The notes: a model not told the origin generated them from the letters alone. A stretch of 64,000 bases of DNA from an uncultured Candidatus Saccharibacteria bacterium (GCA_964573095.1 CAZNIK010000002.1:7230-71229), one strand, 5' to 3'. Shown: positions 27,616-37,184, counted from the first letter of the stretch. Numbers and translations are program-made.

Positions 27616-29892
27616 GTGGATAGCTTTGAGAGTGTTGAAGGACAGATTACTGAATTACAGCAAATGCTAGCCGCTGAGGAAAATGAAGGCCTTCGGTCTT
27701 GGTTTTTGCATGAATATGAACTGTCCCAAGAGGGTCAAGAGCTACGCCGAAACCTATTGAATGGACTAGCTTTGGGCCTCAACCAAGTTGTGGAAGCTCA
27801 AGTACTTCAACCTACTACTGAAGAGGCGCGAGAAGTAAGCAAAGAGGATCATACAGACAATAACGGATTGATTGAGGAGATCCTAGAGCAACCAAATATA
27901 CTATCGCCCAAGGAAATATTATACAAACGCATCGAGAAGAAGTACCAGGTCTGCCTTGAACAATATGATACAGAAGTCGACTATATCGCCAACACCACAA
28001 GAAAAGCTTCCAAACGCGACCATCAACAAAGGCTGGCTCGCCGTCAGTTTGCACGTAGTTTTTGTGATTTTAGCAACACGACGGGCGACGACCACATAAT
28101 TCTAAAAGCGGAGCTACTTACATGGGTCGCGGACAACTTATTTGAAGATGACGACTTACTTGACGAAGTTTTTTCTAACGCCGCAGATTATGCTGAGCGG
28201 CACGGCAAAGAAGTAACAGCCGATCATGTCAATTTCGCACACATTATTGCTAACGCAGCCAAAGATCGACCCTATGAGAGAGACTACGATGCAGTTCTAA
28301 GAAGTATCTTTTCAAGCAGACATAATCGCGCTGATTTTACAGCTATATATTCTAACCTCGCAGAGTCATCCTATGAGCTACTGGAAGACACAGGCGCTCT
28401 TACAAAAATAGTTAAGACTGTCGATTATAAAACCCGCGCTATTGCTGCTGTACGTGTTGAGATCTTTAGATCCCTTATACGAGCAATACTTACGAACGAT
28501 CTTCAAGGCGCAATCGAAATTAGCGAAAGCGAAAAAATTTTTAGTCAACTAAGTAACGACGTCGTTGGCTTTGCTTGGAGTCCTTGGGACGAAAAGGCCC
28601 TATTGGGAGTCGCACTACAAGGACTAGAAAGAGCCGAGAGAGACATGGTGCAAGAACTTAGCCTTTCAACCGATAAATCCTTGGGGAACGCAATTAATGA
28701 GGCGGGGAGATTTTTGAGCGAAGGTTGTTTCGACCCTGTCTACATCACCGAACTAGATGGCAACGGCGAAATAGAGGTGAGCCCTTTTGCCTCACAGGAA
28801 ACACCTAACGACCTAAGTCATGCCCTCTTTAGCTCGAGCATGTTCCGTAAACGCATGCAGCACTTTGCACCTTATGCCTACGCTATAAAAGCCGCTAAAA
28901 CAATTCTAGGTGGTGGTGTACATGGTCTCCTCATTCCTCTGAGTCCAAGCCTTACTGTTGATACTTATATTCCTTATGGCAAATCTAACATACGAACTGA
29001 TGATGACATGGACCGCATGACCCACATCGCTAATTTGTTCTTACCCAGAATACTTGCTGCCGCTACAGAAGGAATCAATAAAATTGGCGTAAGTTCATTT
29101 GAAGAATCTGGCGAGTTAGCGATGAAGTATATTGATGTAGCTAAAGGTAAGCCTAAGCAGGGCGTAATAATCATTAGGCCGAATATACCGCTGGACAATA
29201 GGGTGCATCATGCTTTGCAATTGCTCACAGTAAACCATGAACGAGCATCAGTTAAGTGCGAACGGGAGACAGGTCTGCCCCTGTCGAAAGAAGTTTTTGA
29301 AACTGATAACGCTCGACTGCGCACCGAAATTAGGCATGGGCAAAAACGCTTTTTAGGACGTCGACCCATAAAATTTGTTATGCCCCAAGATCTACGACAA
29401 AACGGCCTTAATGCAGTAAACCTACGATATGACCCAAAAACAACCACCGTAAAAGCCACCCTTCGACTGGAAGATGGCGAGGTTGAGTTAAATCTTGATC
29501 GCAATTTTTCGATTGATATGACGGGCGCTATTTCGGGGACAAAACACGATGAAATGAAACCTTACTATGAGAATCTACTATTAAAGTTGGCTAAAGAATG
29601 GGCGTGTGCTAACGAAGTACACACCTCAGAAGGATTGGTTAGTCAAGCCTCTGGTAACACAGCCAATATGGGCCACTTCGCCTACCTGCGTATTAGCGAT
29701 GGCAAGAAATATAGATACAGCGAACTACAAAATGATGCCTGTAAAGAAGAGCAAGGTCTTGACCTTGCTGAAGAGAACGAACGTTTAAGCGCACTTGACC
29801 CCACTGGTCAATCTCGAAACTCTACATACGTTCGCGAGAACTATGACCCCAATAAACCCCCGCTTGAAGTGTATTTTCCCTCTCTTGATTAA
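27616..29892 (+). CDS. large cytoplasmic ORFan (758 aa)
   Basis: Long uninterrupted ORF with GTG start, no SD, no signal peptide or TM helix, and no catalytic motif I recognise. First gene after tRNA-Asp. Confidence 0.6.
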   Translation: MDSFESVEGQITELQQMLAAEENEGLRSWFLHEYELSQEGQELRRNLLNGLALGLNQVVEAQVLQPTTEEAREVSKEDHTDNNGLIEEILEQPNILSPKEILYKRIEKKYQVCLEQYDTEVDYIANTTRKASKRDHQQRLARRQFARSFCDFSNTTGDDHIILKAELLTWVADNLFEDDDLLDEVFSNAADYAERHGKEVTADHVNFAHIIANAAKDRPYERDYDAVLRSIFSSRHNRADFTAIYSNLAESSYELLEDTGALTKIVKTVDYKTRAIAAVRVEIFRSLIRAILTNDLQGAIEISESEKIFSQLSNDVVGFAWSPWDEKALLGVALQGLERAERDMVQELSLSTDKSLGNAINEAGRFLSEGCFDPVYITELDGNGEIEVSPFASQETPNDLSHALFSSSMFRKRMQHFAPYAYAIKAAKTILGGGVHGLLIPLSPSLTVDTYIPYGKSNIRTDDDMDRMTHIANLFLPRILAAATEGINKIGVSSFEESGELAMKYIDVAKGKPKQGVIIIRPNIPLDNRVHHALQLLTVNHERASVKCERETGLPLSKEVFETDNARLRTEIRHGQKRFLGRRPIKFVMPQDLRQNGLNAVNLRYDPKTTTVKATLRLEDGEVELNLDRNFSIDMTGAISGTKHDEMKPYYENLLLKLAKEWACANEVHTSEGLVSQASGNTANMGHFAYLRISDGKKYRYSELQNDACKEEQGLDLAEENERLSALDPTGQSRNSTYVRENYDPNKPPLEVYFPSLD

Positions 29893-30093
29893 CCCTCGGA
29901 AGCCGAACTCTATGGATTGCCAATCGCTAGGATGCTGAAGCAAAACAATTTAGTGTCGGCGACAAAATAGTTCCACCTCAGATCGACCCCGAAGAAAAGT
30001 GATTAAAAACTAAGAAATGCTGTTAAGTCTATCCACAAAGAAGTGGTTCCATACCTGTAAAGTAACGGGGCGGCAATATAACGATAGCTATAT

Positions 30094-30122
30094 TTGACAT
30101 TTCAACAATCTTATGCTACTAT
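30094..30122 (+). promoter_or_regulatory. consensus sigma70-type promoter of the 161-aa gene
   Basis: TTGACA (30094-30099), 17-nt spacer ending in TGC (extended -10), TACTAT (30117-30122). Confidence 0.55.
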
Positions 30123-30170
30123 TGCTTTAGTGATATTCTCCATTGATGTAAAAATAAAAAAGGAAAAATT

Positions 30171-30656
30171 ATGTTAGAACAAGAAAAACCCAGTACTAAA
30201 ATATACGCTTCGGGCCACGGCAAGACGCCATCTCAATTTAGGAACGAAGCACTTAGAGATGCAAATGACAGGGAGGCAAGGACCGAAGCCACCCGTAAAT
30301 CCAGTATATTTAAGCACATGCTTGGTCGAGCACCTACTGAAGAAAGTGTGCTCATGGAGCAAGCGACAGCGATGGATAAAGTAATTGAAGAAGAAAGAAA
30401 AAACCCTCTTGTTGGGAAGCTTGAATTTAATATAGGTGAAGGCGAAGACACTAGGCTTGTTGGGTTTGATTTGCGAGGTGAGCTCCTAGAAGCTGAGGAT
30501 TTTGCCTTAAAAACTGTTATTGAAGCCGAGGCTAGTCCGAACATGGAATTAGTAAGAAACGCGCAGGTTACATTGGCGGACGGTACTGTGCAGTCATGGC
30601 AAGAATTTACTGCTCCAGCTATTGCCCGCCAGATACCCGAACACAAGGCCGCCTAA
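30171..30656 (+). CDS. hypothetical protein (ORFan)
   Basis: 161 aa, AAGGAAA SD, charged, no TM helix. Confidence 0.5.
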   Translation: MLEQEKPSTKIYASGHGKTPSQFRNEALRDANDREARTEATRKSSIFKHMLGRAPTEESVLMEQATAMDKVIEEERKNPLVGKLEFNIGEGEDTRLVGFDLRGELLEAEDFALKTVIEAEASPNMELVRNAQVTLADGTVQSWQEFTAPAIARQIPEHKAA

Positions 30657-30744
30657 TTAAAGCAAAGTGGCTCCACACCTGTTCCACTAAGGCCCGCCAG
30701 GATTAGCGGTTTGGTCGTGCCTCTTTGTTTGTCAAAGGTGTATA

Positions 30745-31176
30745 ATGTCCCACATGTTAGCGGTGCGCGACCCGAAGACGGCGGACAAGATATATAGGTT
30801 TTTGCTTTTGATCTTGGCAGTGTTTTTCTTGTTTGAATTCGTGATCCACTTTTTTGGTCTGCCGGTGTTGGAACATGACAAAATCTTCCTTCCCACCCAC
30901 GATAGATACATTGGTTTATTTGGGTTGACCATAGGGGGCCTGCTAATCATGTTGGCAACCACCTACCGGCGCGACAAAGGCTTGTACCGTTTTACGAGTT
31001 GGATCATATTGGCTGCTGGCGTGAATGCCGTATACATATCAGCAACAGGGGCCTACGCGAAAGAGTTTGCAGTTAACAACATCGATGCGAAATTAGGATT
31101 CCTCGGAGCTGGCATATTAGTTTGGTACATTGCTCTTAAAGTATTCGAGAGCCTTTCGAAGATAAAGCGGGTATAG
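30745..31176 (+). CDS. hypothetical membrane protein (4 TM)
   Basis: 143 aa with four hydrophobic helices. Confidence 0.55.
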   Translation: MSHMLAVRDPKTADKIYRFLLLILAVFFLFEFVIHFFGLPVLEHDKIFLPTHDRYIGLFGLTIGGLLIMLATTYRRDKGLYRFTSWIILAAGVNAVYISATGAYAKEFAVNNIDAKLGFLGAGILVWYIALKVFESLSKIKRV

Positions 31177-31222
31177 TTCGAGTACCTGCTGACCTACTGG
31201 AATTTTATGTTACTATCGCTGT

Positions 31223-31432
31223 ATGAATAATGAGAAAACAAACTATCAGCTTCACTTTGAACAGATGACAAACGAACAAATTGAAGCCATAGTTGAGACG
31301 TTATCCGACCCTACGGTGCTCATGAATAGCCTCCCAGAAGAAGAGCAGCAAAAGTACAAAGAAGCTCAGCAGTCAGTTGTGAACGCACGAAGGGCTGGCG
31401 AACGACTAGCGCACGAATTATTTATTAGCTAG
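31223..31432 (+). CDS. hypothetical small acidic protein
   Basis: 69 aa, predicted helical, E/Q-rich. Confidence 0.4.
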   Translation: MNNEKTNYQLHFEQMTNEQIEAIVETLSDPTVLMNSLPEEEQQKYKEAQQSVVNARRAGERLAHELFIS

Positions 31433-31521
31433 ACGTTCGAGCTAAATGTCCAGCGGCTTTTCTCTTTGCTTATGCTTGCAAAAAAGTTTTCGAGGCCTAA
31501 TTATGTCCTATAGGAACAAAT

Positions 31522-32058
31522 ATGGGATTCAATTACGAAATTGGGAAATTTACCCCCGAGCCTCACAATATGCTTCCGGCGCAAGTCTCTCGACTGGTTT
31601 CTGATCTAGAACCAGGAGACAGTGCTATAGTTGCCGAAGAAGCTGTGTGGGTCGACAGAACACCAGAAAGAGAAACCTGGATCGATGGAAACGAAGATGC
31701 GTTGACAGACGACCAAGTCATTGCCCTTGGAAATCCCGATCCCAGGGATTATTCCAGAATCCACCGCGTAAAGCACGGGTTGGTATTGGACAATTCGCAT
31801 TTAGAACTACGCTCTTGGGATCATACCAATGGGTTGTATTTGCGCCGTGACTACCAAGAAGATGAGGTGTATCTTATGCCAATCATTCACTGTGTATTTA
31901 ACTCGGACGAACTGGGCCTTATTAAGCGTGCCCTTAGGAAAAATGGGATTAAGCTAAAAACGTTGGTCAGCATCTTTGATCTCACCGACGCAGTTAGGTA
32001 TGCCGTCGACATAGAGGGTGACTATGAGGAGTTCGGCGGCGACAACGAGCTAGAATAA
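31522..32058 (+). CDS. hypothetical acidic protein (ORFan)
   Basis: 178 aa, D/E-rich, no TM helix. Confidence 0.5.
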   Translation: MGFNYEIGKFTPEPHNMLPAQVSRLVSDLEPGDSAIVAEEAVWVDRTPERETWIDGNEDALTDDQVIALGNPDPRDYSRIHRVKHGLVLDNSHLELRSWDHTNGLYLRRDYQEDEVYLMPIIHCVFNSDELGLIKRALRKNGIKLKTLVSIFDLTDAVRYAVDIEGDYEEFGGDNELE

Positions 32059-32123
32059 TTGCGATCTTATGCGCTTGACCGCACACAAAGCAAGCTATAT
32101 AGTTAACTAGTAGGTTAACTATC

Positions 32124-32459
32124 ATGAGTGAAGTTTCTATAAAGCTAGATGCAATCTTTAGTGCTCTTTCGCATAGCACGCGGCGAGCACTGTTATATCA
32201 CTTGTCGCTGCAACCAGCGACAATTCTACAGCTGGCAACTGCGCACGAGATTTCCCTGCCTGCTATTCACAAACATATTCGCTCGCTAGAAGAAGCCAAT
32301 TTAATACTTCGAAAAAAGGTCGGCAGAACTAACTTTGTCGCACTAAACAAGTCTTCTCTGCTCTGTGCTCAAAATTGGACCAATCAGTTTCGGGCTGATT
32401 GGGGAAACGACGAAGAGTCGCTCGAGAACTACATAGCGAGCATGAAGGAATCGGTTTGA
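32124..32459 (+). CDS. ArsR/SmtB-family HTH regulator
   Basis: 111 aa, IFSALSHSTRRALLYHL...ILQLATAHEISLPAIHKHIRSLEEANLI. Confidence 0.8.
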   Translation: MSEVSIKLDAIFSALSHSTRRALLYHLSLQPATILQLATAHEISLPAIHKHIRSLEEANLILRKKVGRTNFVALNKSSLLCAQNWTNQFRADWGNDEESLENYIASMKESV

Positions 32460-32549
32460 ATTTTGTCCGCGTCCAACACAGCATGGGCGTAGTTCGATAA
32501 ATACTACATAATTGCTCTAGCCAGATATAGAGCGGAAAGGAATACTACA

Positions 32550-32864
32550 ATGGGAAAGTACGTATTCAATTATTACGACGGTGGAGACAGCGGTGATCTG
32601 CCGATGGACAAAATAATCGCCGATTGGAACACCTGGTTCGCAGAGCTCGGCGACAAGGTCGTTGACGGCGGCAACCCTTTTGGCGATGGTGCCCAAAGCG
32701 TCAAAAAAACTGGGGTGAGCGGAGTTACCGGCCAGCCCACAACGGGCTACTCAATCGTAAGCGCCTCTAGCATGCAAGATGCCGTGGAGATTGCAAAAGG
32801 CTGTCCACTCCTGCGCCACTCTAGCGCAGGCGAAGTCCAGGTTTACGAAGCGTTGCCAATGTAA
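32550..32864 (+). CDS. YCII/DGPF-like small alpha/beta protein
   Basis: 104 aa. GYSIVSASSMQDAVEIAKGCPLL...GEVQVYE resembles the C-terminal pattern of YciI-like proteins. Confidence 0.55.
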   Translation: MGKYVFNYYDGGDSGDLPMDKIIADWNTWFAELGDKVVDGGNPFGDGAQSVKKTGVSGVTGQPTTGYSIVSASSMQDAVEIAKGCPLLRHSSAGEVQVYEALPM

Positions 32865-32912
32865 AAGTCTACAGGACTTAGGCTTGATCAACCCCTTCGA
32901 TAAATAACAATC

Positions 32913-33551
32913 TTATCTGTTAGTTGTTGGGGTTGGCTGCGCCGTGGGCTGGTTTACGGGTTGTTGAGCTTGGGTATTTTGTTGGCTTTGTTGAGTTGTA
33001 TTGCTTGATTGAGCGTTGTTGTCGTTACCACACGCACTCATGAGAGCAATGATCTTTTTGGTGGTAGTTCGGTACAAAATAGCCTTACAAGTTTGCGGGT
33101 ATATCAATACCTTGTCGCCGTTTTCAGCATTCTTAAAAAACACCTGTGCTTTGAGTCGTTCGACATCAGATACTGTTGCCAATGTCGGTGTTTCTTGCGG
33201 TAAATCTACCGCACCTTGAATCTGGTCAGTAATTATTTTTATTTCGGTTTGACTCGAGGTCTTTGGATTCGCAAGCTTGTTGAGCTGATCCCTGGTATCT
33301 AGGTAGTTCGACAAGGCCCAACCCCCAACCACGACTACAACTAGAACCACGCCAACTTTTACTTTGTTTTTTACAATAAATGCCCACAGACTAGAAAGCT
33401 TACCCTTTAGTAAGCCAGAGAACGTGGTTGGACCAGGAGCCGGCAGATCGTCTTCTGGCACTTTGAGGCGCGGAGCGTCAAGCGGACTGACTACTTTCTT
33501 AGGTACAGATTTGGTAATTGTCTTGTTAGAAGCTTTTTTGCTTTTGGCCAT
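32913..33551 (-). CDS. small N-terminally anchored protein, paralog A of cassette partner
   Basis: 212 aa. Lys-rich N-tail, one TM helix, conserved ectodomain (NYLDTRDQLNKLANPKTSSQTEIKIITDQIQG...FFKNAENGDKVLIY), Q/T/P-rich tail. About 170 aa alignable with the 36478..37131 product. Confidence 0.65.
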   Translation of the reverse strand: MAKSKKASNKTITKSVPKKVVSPLDAPRLKVPEDDLPAPGPTTFSGLLKGKLSSLWAFIVKNKVKVGVVLVVVVVGGWALSNYLDTRDQLNKLANPKTSSQTEIKIITDQIQGAVDLPQETPTLATVSDVERLKAQVFFKNAENGDKVLIYPQTCKAILYRTTTKKIIALMSACGNDNNAQSSNTTQQSQQNTQAQQPVNQPTAQPTPTTNR

Positions 33552-33605
33552 GTTTCCCTCTATTCACCAATACAAACATAAGTGTAACCAGTTTTAATAC
33601 ACCAA

Positions 33606-36600
33606 TCAAGGACCTTGTGAGGTCTTGGCGTTGTTTACACTCAGTGCCACCCACGAAAATTCAATTTGCTGCGTCGCGACCTCTGGTAATACTATCTTAA
33701 ATCCGGCTGCAGTTAGGTCGGTATACGCATACTGGACAAACTGTCCATTTTTAACCGCCACACTCACCACCGGCGTTTGCTGATAAGCTGCGTCAAACCG
33801 TATCTCTACCTCGCGTTGGCCAGGTTTTATAACGGCATAGCCACCACTGTCAGCATTAAACGTCGCCCTTCCCTGGAACTGAACATCCTTGTTAAACACC
33901 GTCTTTTCGACAAAAGTTACAAGACCAGCAAACAAGCTATTGCCTCTAAATTCTGAAGGCCCGCCGACGGTCAAGCCGCCATTTACCTTAAAGTCGAACA
34001 CAACGCTACCATTTTGGATGGTTACGCTGCTGAGGTCTACCGTGTTGGTTACATTAGTTACTGCAACATTTGTGGTGTTTGTACTACCAGGTGGTGGCTC
34101 TTCGTTGCCATTTGCTCGTTCGGCATCCAGCTTTGCTTGCAGACTAGAGAGCTGGTTTGTAAAGATCTCGAGCCCTTCTATCTGATTTGCTCTTATCCTA
34201 TCGGCATAAAGGGTACCCTTTACATACACGTCATTGTCAAAAACGGTATCCACACTTGTCGCGGCATCGAAATTAATAATCGAATTAATGTTTGTGTCTC
34301 CGCCAGTGGCTGGTGTGAGCGGGGCCTCAGAGAGAGGGTCTGGTTGAGGTTCACCTGTGCTAGTAACAGCAGGTGGCTCATCTGGCAATTGCCCGCCACC
34401 AGGCAAATTGTCATCTTGCCAACTACGCAGATAGTCAATATCAATTACTGTAGTGTTTGCGGTGTTGGTGGCAAACACAGCTTGTACCCACGGAGTCATC
34501 GCAGTTGAGAGATTTGTTGTAGCATCAACAATACCAGTACCGCATTCTACCTCGTTAATGCCATTGCTTGAGTCAACATCGGCATAGAAGTGTACATCAC
34601 TTGTCCCAGCGCCAGCCGTTCGAGCAGAACGAACCTCAATGCGCAAGTACGCAAACTGGGCCGAAGACATTGCTCCCGTGCAGGCTTGAGCGGTGCCAAC
34701 AATTGCATTGCCGCTGGCAACAAAACCATACCATGTGGTGTTACTGCAACCTGTAGGAGCGGTCTGGCTATAGGTAGAACAGTTACTAAAGAAAATGCCA
34801 TTACCGGGCATGCCAGACCCGGCTGTGTTTGCAGTGTTTTGAGCTGACATGCCCACGTATATCCTTGCATTGTTGTTAGCAGCTGCAATAGTTGTAGGTC
34901 TAACCTTCATGGCCATGACCGGTAGGTTGGCAGCGCTATATATTTTGTTTGATGTAGTGGTAGTAGCAGCAAGGTTCTCTACGCAGTTAGTGGCGCTACC
35001 TGCAGTAACAGTCGCAGTTGCCGTCAGCCGCTCCACGCCATTGGCAAGGTTTTGCGAGGCACCTCGACAGCTACCCGCTGCCGCACCAAGTACATGGCTA
35101 AGGTTAATAGAGCCGGCACCTATGTTTGCGCCGGCAGCAGTACACCCAGTTCCGCTACCAGCGTTCCCGCCAGTATCACCACGAGCATACGAGTTCACGC
35201 CGTTACCGGCGGTTGATGGAGTTGTACAGTTGGTGTTGTGACCAGTGTTAAATTCTTCAGCCCAGTAGGAGTTTTTGCCCATAAACGCCCCACCGGTGAC
35301 CAGCGACCCAAAGTTTGTGCTCATATGGCGAATATTGAAGATGCTATTGCTATTGAGGTTGTTGATGTTAAAGACGGTTTGTCCAAGCGCGGCGCTAACT
35401 GCATTGAGGTTAATGGCGCTGTCAACACTAATTCCGTTATTAAAGTCGGCGTGGCCATCCACACTTAAGTCTCCGATAATCCTGGTGTTGCCAGCAGTGA
35501 GCGTACCGCCTCCACCAAATTCGCCTAATGTTTGGCCTGTCAGCCCAACCAGATCGAGCCCACCAGCAATTAGTGTCCGGGGCGTAGACGCGTAATAGAC
35601 CGTTGGCACTCTGTTAGTGCCGTCAAAGCCACCGATTAAATAAATATAACTATTCGCAACCACAAATGACGAGGCTTGCCGGGCTGATGGTAAAAAGTTT
35701 TGCCCGGTGTTCCAGTTGCTGATTGTACCGTCGGCATTAAGCCGAGAGTAAAAGACCGTATTGGCGCGCGATGTGCCGTCGAATCCGCCGATGATGTACA
35801 TGTAGCCATTTGCCACGGCCGTGGCGTGCTCTTGGCGTAGTTGCGGCAATTGGGTCCCAGAACTGAAGGTTCCAAGACTAAAGTCAGAGTTTATCGCCGC
35901 ATAGTACACGGTGTTTTGAGCTGTGGCGTTGCGCCCACCAACATAGTAAATGTAGCCGTTTGCCAGCACCGCGCTGCCCATACCCCTGGCATTGGTAAGA
36001 TTGTTGACATTTGTGTTCCAGGCATTGGTGGTCGTTATTCCCATGATAGAACCATCAGCATTCAGCTTGCCGTAATAAACCGTGTTGATCGGTGTGCCAC
36101 AGGTTGCGGTGTTGTCGCTACAGCCACCCAAAACATAAATAACACCGTTGTTTACCACCACCGATGGGGCAACTCTCGCTGTAGTAAGCGCCATGACATT
36201 TGTCTGCCAGGTGCCAGTGGTACCGTCTGAATTTAGCTTGGCATAATACACCGTGCTCTGAGCATTTGTACCGTCGAAGCCACCAACAACGTACAAATAG
36301 CCGTTGGCAACAGTGGCGGCGGCGAGCCGACGTGCACCCGGTATGCTGTTGCTGTTTACAGGGCTGGCGCTGGTGCCGCAACTAGTTGCGACCGCGGTTC
36401 CTTGACATTGCCAGGCACCCACAGAGCCGTCGGCATTCATCTTGGCATAAAACACACCGTTGGTCGTGTTGGTACCGTCATAACCACCGACTGAATAGAT
36501 ATACCCATTCGACCGGGCTGATGCGGCTCCTTCTCTGTTCACAACTTGAGTTGTATCTTGTGGGGTGCTCGCACCAAGCGGAATGTTGTTGATCAGCGTT

Positions 36601-36617
36601 GTTCCCGAGGTTAACAT
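33606..36617 (-). CDS. giant surface-protein paralog with Kelch-type beta-propeller head; no signal peptide
   Basis: 1003 aa. About 7 repeats of GG.DG...TVYYAK(L/M)N.DG..G.W, then a ConA/LamG-like block (AYLRIEV...), a coiled segment ANQIEGLE, and a ~200-aa C-terminal module shared with the 1228-aa protein. Confidence 0.8.
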   Translation of the reverse strand: MLTSGTTLINNIPLGASTPQDTTQVVNREGAASARSNGYIYSVGGYDGTNTTNGVFYAKMNADGSVGAWQCQGTAVATSCGTSASPVNSNSIPGARRLAAATVANGYLYVVGGFDGTNAQSTVYYAKLNSDGTTGTWQTNVMALTTARVAPSVVVNNGVIYVLGGCSDNTATCGTPINTVYYGKLNADGSIMGITTTNAWNTNVNNLTNARGMGSAVLANGYIYYVGGRNATAQNTVYYAAINSDFSLGTFSSGTQLPQLRQEHATAVANGYMYIIGGFDGTSRANTVFYSRLNADGTISNWNTGQNFLPSARQASSFVVANSYIYLIGGFDGTNRVPTVYYASTPRTLIAGGLDLVGLTGQTLGEFGGGGTLTAGNTRIIGDLSVDGHADFNNGISVDSAINLNAVSAALGQTVFNINNLNSNSIFNIRHMSTNFGSLVTGGAFMGKNSYWAEEFNTGHNTNCTTPSTAGNGVNSYARGDTGGNAGSGTGCTAAGANIGAGSINLSHVLGAAAGSCRGASQNLANGVERLTATATVTAGSATNCVENLAATTTTSNKIYSAANLPVMAMKVRPTTIAAANNNARIYVGMSAQNTANTAGSGMPGNGIFFSNCSTYSQTAPTGCSNTTWYGFVASGNAIVGTAQACTGAMSSAQFAYLRIEVRSARTAGAGTSDVHFYADVDSSNGINEVECGTGIVDATTNLSTAMTPWVQAVFATNTANTTVIDIDYLRSWQDDNLPGGGQLPDEPPAVTSTGEPQPDPLSEAPLTPATGGDTNINSIINFDAATSVDTVFDNDVYVKGTLYADRIRANQIEGLEIFTNQLSSLQAKLDAERANGNEEPPPGSTNTTNVAVTNVTNTVDLSSVTIQNGSVVFDFKVNGGLTVGGPSEFRGNSLFAGLVTFVEKTVFNKDVQFQGRATFNADSGGYAVIKPGQREVEIRFDAAYQQTPVVSVAVKNGQFVQYAYTDLTAAGFKIVLPEVATQQIEFSWVALSVNNAKTSQGP

Positions 36618-37131
36618 TTGAGAATTCTATAACTTTCTTCGTTGTGTATCTGTAGAGCAATGCCTTGCCAGCTTTGGCGTAGATCAGTACTTTATCCCCG
36701 TTTTCAGCGTTCTTGAAGAAGTTTTGACCCTTGAGCTTCTCGGCATCACTTACGGTTGCGATAGTCGGTGTCTCGCCCCCTGGGAGCTCCACCGTTCCTT
36801 GTATTTGGTCAGTTATGATTGTTATCTCTGTTTGCGTTGAAGTCTTTGGGTTTGCTAGCTGGTTCAGCTGATTGCGTGTATCGAGGTAATTGTTGAGTAT
36901 CCAGCCCCCTATAGCAAGTAATACTAATAACCCCGCTACCTTTAGCTTATGCTTGCCAATAAATCCTAGAATACCCCTGATTTTGTCAGATATAATCCCT
37001 GATATTGTGGGTGGGGTCTGTGGCACTATGTCGTCTTCTGGCAACTTGATTCGCGGAGCCTCGAGGGGCTTAATAGTTTTTTTAGAAGTCGTCTTTGCTG
37101 ACTTGGTAGTTGTCTTCTTGGTTTTGGCCAT
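36478..37131 (-). CDS. small N-terminally anchored protein, paralog B; 3' end runs 140 nt into the Kelch ORF
   Basis: 217 aa. Homologous to paralog A up to about ...GNNADQQ. The remaining tail is read in another frame of the Kelch gene and may not be native. Confidence 0.6.
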   Translation of the reverse strand: MAKTKKTTTKSAKTTSKKTIKPLEAPRIKLPEDDIVPQTPPTISGIISDKIRGILGFIGKHKLKVAGLLVLLAIGGWILNNYLDTRNQLNQLANPKTSTQTEITIITDQIQGTVELPGGETPTIATVSDAEKLKGQNFFKNAENGDKVLIYAKAGKALLYRYTTKKVIEFSNVNLGNNADQQHSAWCEHPTRYNSSCEQRRSRISPVEWVYLFSRWL

Positions 37132-37184
37132 TCACTCCCTCACTTTATTGTACTGACTAAGTGTAACCACTTTGGTGGGTCTTA

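Noticed and set aside
30691-30699. GGCCCGCCA match to the 3' end of tRNA-Asp as a possible att site for the ORFan island
   Set aside because: It is only 9 nt long, and a match of that length is expected by chance in a 64-kb window on two strands. It is mentioned only as a place to look if comparative data show an island boundary here.
34014-36592. Many 60-164-aa ORFs on both strands inside the Kelch-protein gene, and similar ones inside the 1228-aa gene, pilB, lnt, gyrB and thrS
   Set aside because: These are typical antisense or off-frame ORFs within long genes of biased composition. None has independent start signals or recognisable motifs.
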